DNA of 64,000 bases from Mobula hypostoma (GCF_963921235.1 NC_086097.1:245398001-245462000); one strand, 5' to 3'; shown: positions 36,820-49,402, numbered from the stretch's first letter. The notes: generated from the sequence alone by a model not told the origin. Translations and numbers: made by a program.

Positions 36820-38150
36820 CAGGTTTCCCCCGCCATCCGAAGGTAGAGTGTTCCTATGAAACGGTTCGTAAGCTGGAATGTCGTTAAGTGAAGAAGCAAT
36901 TACCATTTATTTATATGGGAAAATTTGTGAGCGTTCGCAGACCCAAAAAATAACCTACCAAATCATGCCAAATAATACATAAAACCTAAAATAACAGTAA
37001 CATACAGTAAAAGCAGGAATGGTATAATAAATACACAGCCTATATAAAGTAGAAATTCTTTTCTGCAATCATTGCTGCACTGTCCACTGCAGTGAAAATC
37101 TCATGCAAGGGCTCTCGGCAGAAACGCTCTCTCCAGTAACCTTTAAGCTATGAAGCTGCCCAATCATACCAAGTAACATAAAAATACACAGCCTATATAA
37201 AGTAGAAATAATGTATGTACAGTGTAGTATCACTTACCGGAATTGGGGAGACAGTGAGCACACTGATGATGGTGTGTTAGGCTGAGTTGTCGGAGGTTGG
37301 GGTGGTGGGACACTGGGGTGTCATCTCATCGTTGTCTGTTTCCATCAGGGCAGGCAGGTCATCTTTTGTTATGTTTGCCTGCCTCGATGTCGAAGGTCAA
37401 GGTTCATCATCTGCTGGGGCTGATGTGGAAGGCTTGAAAAATGACAGTATGCTTGACTGCTTAGCCTAGCGCATTTTTCTATCATACAGTTCTTTGTAAG
37501 CACTCAAACCATCTGGCAAATATGCCCTAAACCTACATACCCTTTCAAAATTGAAGTCATACTTTTCTGCAATCATTGTTGTCAATTGCAGCAAAAATCT
37601 CACGCAGTTGCTTCACGTTCAGTTCCTGGACGACTTCACTTTCGGTCCGTTCGCTACTGCATTCGGTTTCGATTGTTATCCTTTCCTCTTCCAATTGCAT
37701 CAGCTCTTCATCTGTCAGTTCTTGGTCATGGGATGCCAAAACCTCTTCAACATCATCTTCGTCAACTTCCACAAGCCAAACTCACTTTGTCCTTACTTCA
37801 TTCACCACGATCGAAATGCTTAATTATGTCTCGTTTTACGCTAAGTGTAACACCCTTACGAGCTCTTTTAGGCTTTTCCGATACCTTAGAACTCATCTTG
37901 CTAACGGATGCTCAAAATAAATCGACATAAAGCACAGATGCTCACAGGCATGTGTTTAAGCAATGCCGGCTAGAATGCAGTTCCGGGGGAGGAGCTTGGC
38001 TGCTCGGGGCGTGCGCTGCCTTTTCTCACACGTTGCCTTTTTTCGTAACAGTGAAAGCACCTTCTGTTAGCGAAAACAGGTAACTAATGTGGGTCTTTCG
38101 TAACAGCGAGGTGTCGTAAAGCGAATGTTTGAAAAGCGGGGGGACATCTG
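36820..38150 (-). mobile_element. Internally deleted Tigger/pogo DNA transposon
   Basis: TA-flanked TIRs caggtttcccccgc / gcggggggacatctg; N-terminus MSSKVSEKPKRARKGVTLSVK (ATG at 37896) sits next to the acidic C-terminus EVDEDDVEEVLASHDQELTDEELMQLEE. Confidence 0.88.
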
Positions 38151-40200
38151 TACTGACATAGGCTGTGAATTTTTTTTCTGATTTGCAGTAGCGGTACAGT
38201 GCAAGAATAAAAATTAGCCTGTTACAAAAATAATTGAATAGTGTAAAAGAGGAATGGTGAGGTGGTGTCCGTGGCTGATCAAAGATCTGATGGCTGAGGG
38301 GAAGAAGCTGTTCCCAAAACATTGAGTGTACACCTTCAGGCTCCTGTACCTCCTCCCTGATGATAGTAATGGGAAGTGGACATGTTTTGGATGGTGAAGG
38401 TGATTGAGGTCGCCTTCTTGAGGAATCTCCTCTTGAGGGTGTCATTGATGTTGGGGAAGGTTGTGCCCCCGATGGACTTGACATCCTTTTGCAGGCTCCT
38501 TTGATCCTGTGCAGTGATACAACCAGTCACAATGCTGTCCATGGTACATCTGTAGGAATTTCCTGGAGCCTTTGCTGGCATACAGAGAGCAGTTCGTCTT
38601 TCAGGTTAACAAACTCAGCAGAACCGGAAGAAGTGCTTAAACAAGTTTTAAAGTGGAAAAGAAATGGAAGGACTCAAGGCATTGTCTGAGAGATTAAACA
38701 CCAAACACAGAGGTGGAAGAGGGTTCTTCAGGCCTTTACCTCTTCTACTTATCGCCTGGCAGCTTCTTACTTCATTCCAACGCCCCCCATCCACCCACCT
38801 GATCTCACCTATCACCTGCCAGCTTATACTCCTTACTCTCTCCCCACCCTACTTGTTCTGGCTTCTTCTCCCTTTGCTTTTCGACCTGATAAAGGGTCGC
38901 GACCCAGAATGTCGACTGCTTATTCCCTCCCAAATATGCTGCCTGACTTGCTGGGTTCCTCTTGCACTTTGTGTGTTTTGTGATGCAAGAGGCTAGTACA
39001 GTAAATGCATTTAGAGAAAGTGAGTTTGGGTCTAGAGTAAGTATTTGGAGTTAGCAGCAGATGGGAAACATTTGTGGTTACTGGCAGTGAGACAAGTGCT
39101 GGAATTGTTGACTTACAGAAATAGTTGAACTCTGTCAGTCCAGAAGGTGTTAATTTAGAGAAAGTGAGATGACATTCTTTAAACATACATTGAACTTCTG
39201 CAAGCATGTAGGAAGCTGAAGACGGAACTTGAGGTTGCAGAATTCAAGTAGATCAGAACCAAAACATTTAATTTAATTTTAATTTTTAATTTAGAGACAT
39301 AGCACAGTCACAGGCTCTTCTGGCCCAATGAGTCTATGCCGCCCAATTACAATTAACCTACTGACCTGTATCTCTTTAGGGTGCTGGAGCACCCGAAGGC
39401 GAAACAACACACAGATGTACTCAGGCCTGAGACAACAGGCAAGGTCATCTGACTGCTAACAATTGGTTTATTGATCATTACAGAATGTCTGTTTGGTGCT
39501 TCCCGCTCCTTCCCCTCTCCCTTCCCCCTTTCCCAACCATGATTTCCCTGTCCCTGCCCCCTTCCCCCTCTCAGTCCACCATAGAGGCCCGCATCAGAAC
39601 GCACAAACCCCTTACAGATAGCGTCGGGAATCGAACCTTGGTCTCTGGTGCTGTAACGGCGCTACACTAACCATTAGGCTCGCATGACGCTCAACCTTGG
39701 ATTGAACAGGGGCACCCAGAGTAGTGGTCACGCAGTCTATTTTTGGTATGCCTGTTATGGAGAAAACAAATTGTAAGGGGCAGATGCCGATGGCTAATTT
39801 GGAAGAAGTATCAGTAAATTGCGGCTCTCCCTGGAATGTGTTTTGGGAGAAAATGGGAGCTTTTGTCTCTTTCACAGACATTTCAGGTTTGTTTTCATAT
39901 TATTTTTATTATATCTACTCCAGACGAGACTTTTGTTATTCACTGATGTCATTACCCTTTAACTGTGTTCCATTGGCCCTTCGGCTATTTCATAAAGAAT
40001 CGAGGGATCAGTAAAAGAGGACACAGAAGAAGAAATGAAACCACAAGACTATAAGACAGAGACGCAGAATTAGCCATTCACCCTAAAGAGTTCGTTCCGC
40101 CATTTCATCATGGCTGATTTATTATCCCTCTCAACCTCATTCTCCTGTCTTCTCCCCATAGCCTGTGATGCCCTGACTAATCAAGAACCTATTAACCTCT

Positions 40201-40535
40201 TGGGTGGTGGTGTGGAGCTATGTCACTACCTAAGGAGGTGTAAGGTGCTTCTTCCCTCTGCTAGCCTGCAGGTCACCCTTGGGCAAGGTGTAGCACCTGC
40301 TTAGCCCCCCTCAGAGGGTGGGGGATGGCCATATGAGCAGCTGGTGCATATCAGTCCTGATTATGTGACCACTGACACCAGGCAGACAGTCTGGTCATCC
40401 GTGGGGTCAGACACTGCCCAGAAGAAGACAATTGCAAACCACTTCTGTAGAAGAATTTGCCGAAAACAGTCATGGTGATGGAGATCATGATCACCTATGT
40501 CATACGTCACAGCACATGATGGTAACGATGATGAT
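40201..40535 (+). mobile_element. RTE-related SINE-like element inserted in a CR1 3' end
   Basis: gtcacccttgggcaaggtg central motif, gcaaaccacttctgtagaagaatttgcc motif and (gat)n tail. Confidence 0.6.
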
Positions 40536-40699
40536 TGACCTCTGTTTTAAATACATCCAATAACTTGACCTCCACTGCCATCCATGGCAACGACTTCCAC
40601 AGATTCACCACCCTCTGGCTAAAGAAACTCCTCCTCATCTCTGTTCTAAACGAATGTCCCTCTATTCCGAGACTGTCCTGTGGTCCTAAAACTCTTGCT

Positions 40700-41145
40700 G
40701 TTGCCAGGACTTGAGTTATAGGGAAAGGTTGAATAGGTTAGGACTTTATTCCCTGGAGTGTAGGAGACTGAGGGGAGATTTGACAGAGATATACAAAATT
40801 AAGAGGGGTGTCGATAGGGTAAATGCAAACAGGCTTCTTCCACTGAGGTTGAGTGAGCCTAGAACTAGAGGTCATGGGTTAAGGGTGAAAGGCAAAATAT
40901 TTACGGTTAACATGAGGGAGAACCTCTTCACTCAGAAGCTGCTGGGAGTTTGGAACGAGCTGCCAGCGCAGTGGTGGATGCGGGTTTGATTGCAACCCTT
41001 AAGAGGGGTTTAGATTTGTAGATGGACGGGAAGGGTGTGGAAGGCAATGGTTCTGGTGCAGGTCGATGGGACGAGATAGATTAATAGTTCAGCATTGACT
41101 AGATGGGCCAAGTGGCCTGTTTCTGTACTGTTGTGCTCTTTGACT
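40700..41145 (+). mobile_element. CR1 LINE 3' fragment
   Basis: [30 protein letters not shown]. Confidence 0.85.
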
Positions 41146-41262
41146 TTCCTAAGGGTGGCAGGAGAGTAGGGTTAAGCATGATAATAAATCAGCCATGATT
41201 TTATGGCTGAGCAGACATGATGGGCTGAATGGCCTATTTCTGCTCCCATGACTTAATGGTTT

Positions 41263-41655
41263 TAGATTAGATTAGATTGGATTCAACTTTATTGTCATTG
41301 TGCCAAGTACAGATACAAAGCCAATGAAATGCATTTAGCATCTGACCAGAAATGCAAAGAATAGTGTTATTTACAAAATAACTGCGAATAAAAAAAGTGC
41401 TACAGCACACAAATATAAAAGTACTGAGACAGTACAATATGGATGCAATACTGCTTAGCGCTGTGATGTGAGGTTCGGCAGTGTCACAGCCTCAGGGAAG
41501 AAGCTGTTCCTGAGCCTGCTGGTGCGGGAGCGGAGGCTTCTGTAGCACCTACCGGATGGGAGGAGAGTAAAAAATCCATGGTTAGGGTGAGATGCATCCC
41601 TGATAATGCTTTTCGCCCTGCCCAGGCAGCGTTTATGGTAGATGTTCTCAATGGT
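41263..41655 (-). mobile_element. Rex1/Babar-type 3' fragment
   Basis: (ttaga)n tail; reverse coding for IIRDASHPNHGFFTLLPSGRCYRSL..NSFFPEAV. Confidence 0.78.
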
Positions 41656-41969
41656 TTACAGTTTAATTGGAGAGAAATTAAGCAAAGTATTCTTTTCCTT
41701 CTTAGCTAAGAATATTTATGCAGTGTTAGTCCTTCAGAAAATATACTTTAAGTGGAAACATTTTGCAAAATAGTTATTAGGGAAGTATTACTAGCTCTCG
41801 TCAGTTACTCATTCTTGTTGGTGACGAGATGAAAATCAGAGTTACATGATGCAGCATGGTTTTGCCTCACAGTTAGTGTAATGATTTACAGCACCAGTGA
41901 TTGGGGTTCAACTCTTATAACTAAAGTTCTCAGTTTTATACATACATGTACTTTGATTTCTTTTAGTGG

Positions 41970-42455
41970 AAGCAGGGTAGCATCGCAGCTAGCATAATAC
42001 TGTACAGCACTAGTGACTGGGGTTCAATTTCTGCCACTGTCTATGCGATCTCCCTGTGACTGGGTGGGTTTCCTCCGGATGCTCCAGTATCCTCCCACAG
42101 TCCAAAGGCACAATTGGGCAGTGTAGGCTTGTTGGGCTTGAAGAGCCTCTTACTGTGCTGTATCTCAGTGCCTGTGATTGAGCTTCAATTCCTGCTGCTG
42201 TGTACAAGGAGTTTGTGCGTTCTCCCTTTGACCGTGTGGGTTTCCTCCAGGTGCTCTGGTTTCCTCCCACATTCCAAAGGCGTACGGTAAGGGTTAGTGA
42301 GTTGCGGGTACACCCTGTTGGTGCCGGAATCATGGCAACATTTGCAGGCTGACCCCTGAGTATCCTTGGACCGTGTTGGTTGTTGAAACATTTCACTTTA
42401 CTGCATGTTTCGATATTTTGGTGTACATGTGAGGAATAAAACTAAAGCTAATCTT
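41970..42455 (+). mobile_element. Two adjacent V-SINEs (CR1-tailed, then variant-tailed)
   Basis: Two V cores at ~42065 and ~42238, followed by different 3' tails. Confidence 0.75.
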
Positions 42456-42524
42456 TATTTAAGACGTATTGCAACCAAGTTTCTAGCGACAGGAGAAGAC
42501 CAAGTTAATTAATGCAAATAATCT

Positions 42525-43763
42525 GGGTAGCCTTCAACTTGATGGCATGAATAACGATTTCTACCTCTGGGGTAAAAAAAAATTCCCCACCTGTCTTCTT
42601 CTATTCCCCCTCTGGTCTCCTACCTCTTCTCACCTGTCTATCACCTCCCCTCCCTTCTCGTTCTCCTATGGTCCACTCTCCTGTCCTTTTCTTCCAGCCC
42701 TTTACCTTTCCCTCCCACCTGGCTTCACTTATCACCATAGAAACCATAGAAACTACAGCACAGAAGCAGGCCTTTTGGCCCTTCTGGGCTGTGCCGAACC
42801 ATTTTCTGCCTAGTCTCACTGACCTGCACACGGACCATATCCCTCCATACACCTCCCATCCATGTATCTGTCCAATTTATTCTTAAATGTTAAAAAAGAA
42901 CCCGCATTTACCACCTCGTCTGGCAGCACATTCCATACTCCCACCACTCTCTGTGTGAAGAAGCCCCCACTAATGTTCCCTTTAAACTTTTCCCTCCTCA
43001 CCCTTAACCCATGTCCTCTGGTTTTTTTTCTCCCCTTGCCTCAGTGGAAAAAGCCTGCTTGCATTCACTCTATCTATACCCATCATAATTTTATATACCT
43101 CTATCAAATCTCCCCTCATCCTCTATCAAATCTTCCCTCATTCTTCTACGCTCCAGGGAATAAAGTCCTAACCTATTCAACCTTTCTCTGTAACTGAGTT
43201 TCTCAAGTCCCGGCAACATCCTTGTAAACCTTCTCTGCACTCTTTCAACCTTATTTATATCCTTCCTGTAATTTGGTGACCAAAACTGAACACAATACTC
43301 CAGAGCCGTCTCACCAATGCCTTATACAACCTCATCGTAACATTCCAGCTCTTATACTCAATACTTCGATTAATAAAGGCCAATGTACCAAAAGCTCTCT
43401 TTACGACCCTATCTACCTGTGACGCCACTTTTAGCGAATTTTGTATCTGTATTCCCAGATCCCTCTGTTCTACTGCACTCCTCAGTGCCTTACCATTAAC
43501 CCTGTATGTTCTACCTTGGTTTGTCCTTCCAACGTGCAATACCTCACACTTGTCTGTATTAAACTCCATCTGCCATTTTTCAGCCCATTTTTCCCATTTT
43601 TTCACCTTCTAGCTGTTCTCCTACCCCCCCACACTTACTCTGACATCTTCATCCTCTCTTTGCAGCCCTGAAGAAGGGCCTCAGCCTGAAATGTCAACTG
43701 TTCGTTCATTTCCACAGACGCTGCCTGACTTGCTGAGCTCCTCCAGCATTTTCTGTGTGTTGC
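42525..43763 (+). mobile_element. PLE pLTR fragment split by a CR1 insertion
   Basis: pLTR sequence at 42525-42736 and 43602-43763; hammerhead-like CTGAAGA..GAAAtgtc at ~43668-43695. Confidence 0.75.
42737..43601 (-). mobile_element. Young CR1 copy
   Basis: Near-identical to 34743-35552; 5-bp TSD tcacc; internal 22-bp tandem duplication at 43098-43141. Confidence 0.92.
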
Positions 43764-44230
43764 TATACAAATAAAGTTAGATGATAGAAATAATGCATTG
43801 TTTTCACAGGGGGGTTGTGTGCTTTGCTATTTAGAAGGAAAATGTTTGGTTCCTGCAATCTTGCCAGGAAGCTGTGTAACAGTACGAGGGGATTTTGATC
43901 ATACCATGGACAAGATGAAACTTGCAGCTGCTAACTGTGTAACAACTCAATATATATCATTATCTCTCAATTATATTTGACAATAATGCAAACTTTGCCT
44001 GATATTCATAGACTATAAAACACAGGAGCCGAACTAGGCTATTTGGCTCATCAAGTGAGTAGGACGGGAGTAAATACCAAAAAATCATATTTACCATTGC
44101 ATCAGAATTTATAATTGAAAAATTTGCTCGATTGCAATATCTTCATTGTTTTAAATATTTACAGCAAAAGTCATACACTCCATGAAACATAGGACATTGA
44201 AACATTTTCATAGTATCTGAATTCATAGAG

Positions 44231-44310
44231 CAGGGATTCTCAATCTTTTTTATGCCGTGGACTAACACCATTAAGCAAGGGGTCCGTGGACCCCAGATTG
44301 GGAACCCCTC
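44231..44310. mobile_element. 80-bp hAT (Charlie-like) MITE
   Basis: TIRs cagggattctcaatct / agattgggaacccctc; perfect 8-bp TSD tcatagag. Confidence 0.88.
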
Positions 44311-44879
44311 TCATAGAGGTAAGCCCCATGAAAAGAGCTGCCTTCACAATTCATTAGATTTGATTTGGATGTTGTTTATAGATTGATGGTCACATGGAAA
44401 TCCTGTAAGACATGGTACACGCTGTCAGAGGTGGTAGTGGAGGCAAGTACAATAGAGGCATATAAGAGGCTCTTAAGGTACATGCATGAATATGTAGAAT
44501 GGAAGGATATTGACATTGTATAGTCAGCAGGGGCTTGATTGATCAAGTATTTAATACAAAATTTAATTAGTTTGACCCACAAACTTCACACAAATTTTTT
44601 TTGAAAGTGTTGATTCCTCGTATTTTTTTGTTTAAAATAGATTGCTTGAAGCTGAACATAAATATAATTTCAGACTACTTGTATCATGTAGAAATTTAGA
44701 GAAATAAGAAATTAACCTTTATTGAATATAATGCATTTAATTGCTTAATAGTGCCGATGCTTTTTTGCAATAGTTCAACTAAACTAAAAATGTTTTGTTG
44801 ATGATTTTGTTTGTACTCAGTGTCTGAGGCTTCTCACTTAAGTGTCCAACAACAATCAGCCAGCATTGATGGATTCCAG

Positions 44880-47110
44880 TTGCCCTGATGGTTGAGGGGT
44901 AGTGACTATTCCTGAATCTGGTGGTGTGAGTCCTGAGGCTCCTGTACCTTCTTCCTGATGGCGGAAATGAGAAGAGAGCATGTCCTGGGTGATGGGGCTC
45001 CCTGATGATAGATGCTGCTTTCCTGCGACAGCGCTCCATGTAGATGTGTTCAGCAGTGTGGACTTGGCCGTATCCACTACTTTTTGTAGGGTTTTCCATT
45101 CGAGGGCATTGGTGTTTCCAGACCGGTCTGTGATACAGCCAGTCAATATGCTCTCCATCACACATCTACAGAAAGTTGTCAAAGCTATGGACGTAATGCA
45201 GAATCTTCGCAAACTCCTAAGGAAGTAGAGGCGCTGCTGTTCTTGCTTTGCAATGGCACTTGCATGCTTGGCCCAGGACAGGTCCTCTGAAACAATAACA
45301 CCAAGGAATAGAAAGTTGCTAACCCTCTCTACTTCTGATCCTCTGATGGGCACTGGTTCGTGGACCTCCAGCTTCCTCCTCCTGAAGTCAATCATCAGCT
45401 CCTTGGTCTTGCTGAAATCACTGGGGTCTGCAGGAGCCTAATGGTTGAGGGGTAGTATCTGTTCTTGAACTTGGTGGTGAGAGTCCTGAGGCTCCTGTAA
45501 CCTCCTAGCTAACGGCAGCAGTAAGTAAAGAGCATGGCCTTGTGGGGGGGGGGGCAAGGATCGTTGATAATGGATGCAGCTTTTCTGCGGCAACTTTTCA
45601 TGTAGATGTGCTCATTGGTCGGGAGGGTTTTACCCGTGATGTACTGGGCCGAATCCACTGCCTTTCATAGGATTTTCCACTCAAAGGCACTGGTGTTCCC
45701 ATACCGGTCAGCACATTCTCCACCACAGATCTACAGAAGTTTGCCAAGGATTTTGATAATAGGCTGAATCCCCGCGGACTCCTGAGGAACTAGAGGCACT
45801 GTCGTACCTTCTTCACAATTATATTTATATGGTGGTGTCGTCAGCAAACTTAATTATGGAAATCGAGCTGGGCTTAGCTACGTAGTAAGTATACAGTGAG
45901 TAGAGCAGGGGCTGAGCACACAGCCTTGTGATGTACCTGTGCTGATGGAGATTGTGGAGGAGATGTTGTTGCCAATTTGAAATGACTGAGGTCTGCAAGT
46001 AAAGAAATTGAAGCTTTAGTTGCACAAGGAGGTATTGATGCCAAGGTCCTGGAGCTCATTAACTAGTTTTAAGGGGATGATGGTATTGAATGTTGAGCTG
46101 TTGTGAATGAAGGACATCCTGATGTAGGCATCTTTGCTGTCCTGATGTTCCAGGGTTGAGCGAAGAGCCAATGAAATTGCATTTCTGTGGATCTGTTGCT
46201 CTGGTAGGCAAATTGGAGCAAATCCAAATCGCTTCTCTGGCAGGAGTTCATTAACCTCTCAAAACACTTCATCAGCGTGGATGAAAGTGCTACTGAACGA
46301 AAGTCACTGAGGCAGTTTGCCACGTTCTTCTTGGGCACCAGTATATCTGAAGCCTGCGTGAAGCAGGTGGGTGCGGAAGCAAGAGGTTAAGGATCTCAGT
46401 GAACACTCCAGCCAGTCTTTAGTAGTTGACCGGATATCCCTCTGAGCCAGATGCTTTACGTGGTGCACCCTCCTGAAGGCTGCTTGCATGCCGACCTCCG
46501 AGACTGAAACCACAGAATCATCAGGGCCTGCAGGAGTTCATGGTGGTTCCTACAAGTTTTGACGGTCAAAGCGAGCATGGAAGGCGTTGAGCTGATCTGC
46601 ATGCAAAGCCCTCTGTTGTCACCTGTGCAACTTTCTGGGTCACCGGACTTGAATGCCTCTCACTTGGCCTTCAACAGATTGCAGATCTCTTGGTTCATTC
46701 CGGGCTTCTGGGAATGATTTTGTGAGGCCACACTCATCTGCAACAGTTTTAATAAAGTCCATAACAACCATGGTGTATTCATTCAGATCCAGAGATGGCT
46801 CCTTGAATACGGTCCAGTCCGCTGACTCAAGCAATCCCGTGGCCGCTCCTCTGCCTCCCATGACCAGCTCTTTGCTACCCTTGTCTCTGGAACCTTGGTC
46901 TTCAGCCTCTGCCCATATGCAGGTGGGAGGAGGACGGCCAAGTGATCAGATTTCCCGAAATGTGATCTGGGCATGGAACTGTAGACATTCCTTATAACAG
47001 TGGTCTAGTTTGTTGTGACCTCTAGTGTTACAGGTAATATGTTGGTGGTAATTGGACAGAGTTTTCTTCAAACAAGCTTGGTTGAAGTCCCTGACTGATT
47101 TGAAATGTGT
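44880..47110 (-). mobile_element. Rex1/Babar LINE remnants (end of APE domain, RT, C-terminus); at least two copies
   Basis: HFGKSDHLAVLL (APE), DFRSVALSSTLMKCFERL, LQFAYQSNRST, IIKFADDTTI, QQRLYFLRSL and HPGHALFS..SGRRYRSL. Confidence 0.88.
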
Positions 47111-47282
47111 CAGGATGGCCTTTTTCTTGTTTTGAAATGCTTATTGTGATCTTATGCTGCATCGGATCTGGAGTAACAAACATTTTGTTCTCCACTACCC
47201 TCATGTACTGAAGAATGACAATAAACAATCTTGCATCTTGAAATTAGAAGTCTGTTACAAGACCAGTGAGCTAGAATAGTTG

Positions 47283-47422
47283 CAAACACGAGGAATTCGA
47301 CAGATGCTGGGAATTCCTGACGAAAAAGTCCTGACGAAGGGTCTCGGCCTGAAACGTCGACTGTACCTCCTCCTAGAGATGCTGCCTGACCTGCTGCGTT
47401 CACCAGCAACTTTGATGTGTGT
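47283..47422. mobile_element. 140-bp PLE-derived insertion with internal inversion
   Basis: Perfect 14-bp TSD agctagaatagttg at 47269-47282 and 47423-47436. Confidence 0.9.
47327..47362 (+). ncRNA. Minimal type I hammerhead ribozyme, intact core
   Basis: agtc-CTGACGA-agggtctcggcct-GAAA-cGTC-gact. Confidence 0.85.
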
Positions 47423-49102
47423 AGCTAGAATAGTTGGTTTGGCCCTCGTAATCTGTCTCGTCATTTGAATGTACTTTAGTGTCTCTCACACTGACCCCTC
47501 TTTGTTCCTTGCCACTAACTCAGAACACTTGCACCTTATTAGCCAATGAATGCACTTGATTCCTCCCTCTTCACAAAAAAACGAGGCAAATTCCGAATGA
47601 GATCTTAAGTAAAATGTTGAAGGGTGGTAGTCGTGTAATTTGAAGGACGCTGTGCAGAATGAAAAGCTGCAGTGTCCTGTGATTTCTCTTGTTTGGATAA
47701 TGGCACACTCATTTGTATGCTGAGATCATCTCCGCATTCAAACAATAAGTGAGAACATCCTCAAAGCAGTGTTCCTGCATTAAAGAGTGGAGAGTTGATT
47801 CGTGACTTCACCTCTGCTCATTGCCATTGTGTTAGAGACCATCTCTTTTGAAACACAAAGGCATCTAAAGATTGCTGAGAGAAGATGGCATTGGTTTTGA
47901 GGCATATCCTTTCAAAATTTAATTTATTTGTTCTAATGTATTGTAGAGGCAAATACATTAGAGGCTTTTAAGAGACGTTTAGAAAGGCACATGAATGTGA
48001 GGAAGATGGAGGGATATGGACATTGTGTAGGTAGGAGGAATCCGTTTTTGGGAGCACAAGACACAAGAGGTACTGCAGATGCTGGAAATCTGGAGCAATA
48101 CACAAAATGTGCTGGAGGAACTCAGCAGGTCAGGCAGCATCGATGGATGGAAATAAACAGTCAACGTTTTAGACCAAGACCATTCATCAAGACTGGAAAG
48201 GAAGGAGAAAGAATTTAGTTTTGGGGGGGGGGGGGGTTTCGATTACTGTTTAGCTGGTTCAGCGCAACATTATGGGCCAAAGGGCCTGTTCCTGTGTTGT
48301 ACTGTTCTATGTTCTATATTAAAAATGCCTTTTCAAAGATCAAGGATCAACTTTATTCATAGGCACCACTCAACTTGCTGAGCTCCTCCAGCAGGTTGAT
48401 TTTTAGCTCTAGATTGCAGCATCTGTTGTCTCTCTTGTGTCTCCCTTTAACAAATCGAAGGGCTGTCGACCCAGTAGACCGATGAACAAACTGGGCTTGA
48501 AAAAGGGCAGTTAAACTGAGGCAGTCAATCACGGCATCCCAGTACACTGGTGCTGCAAATGAGTCACCTACCCTCCAACATTGATAGCATCAAGGGTGAG
48601 GGAGTACCACACTGTCAGCTGAAATAATTGACCATTGTCCAGAAGGCCATAAGATATAGGAGCTGAATTTGGCCGTTTGTCCCATTGACTCTGCTCCGCC
48701 ATTTTATCATGGCTGATTCATTTTCCTCCTCATCATGGCTGGTTCATTTTCCCAATCTCCTGCCTTCTCCCTGTAACCCTTCATGGCCTGATCAAGCTCT
48801 GCCTTAAATATACCCAATGACTTGGCCTCCACAACCACCTGTGGAAACGAATTCCACAGATTCACCACGCTGGCTAAAGAATTTCCTCGTCTCAGTTCTA
48901 ATGGGACGTCCCTCTATTCTGATGATGTGTCCTCTGGTCCTAGACACGCCCCTCATAGGAAACTTCCTCTCTACATCCACTCTATTGGGCCTTTCAACAA
49001 TCAATAGGTTTAAATGAGGTCACTCCTCTCACCTCTTTGGTAAATGTCACCATTTTGAACAACTGTTTAAAAGTTTTATCTCCTAATCTGTCTATTTCTA
49101 TA

Positions 49103-49402
49103 GGCATCCATTAGTCTCATGAGACCACGGATTTGCGTCTTGGAGGGTTTCCAGGGTGCAGGCCTGGGCAAGGTTATATGGAAGACCAGCAGTTGCCCGT
49201 GCTGCATGTCTCCTCTCTCCACACAACCGATGTTGTCCAAGGGAAGGGCATTAGGACCCATACAGCTTGGCACTGGTGTCGCTGCAGAGCAATGTGTGGT
49301 TAAGTGCCTTGCTCAAGGACACGCAAGCTGCCTCAGCCAAGGCTCGGACTAGCGACCTTCAAATCACTACACGAACGCCTTAATCGCTTGGCCACGCACC
49401 AA
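49103..49402 (-). mobile_element. tRNA-derived SINE, same family as 9831-10131
   Basis: Colinear similarity; gtgtccttgagcaaggcacttaacc on the minus strand. Confidence 0.8.

Noticed and set aside
34743..43601. Segmental duplication or assembly duplication of the two near-identical CR1 copies
   Set aside because: Similarity stops at the element boundaries; flanks, TSDs and indels differ.
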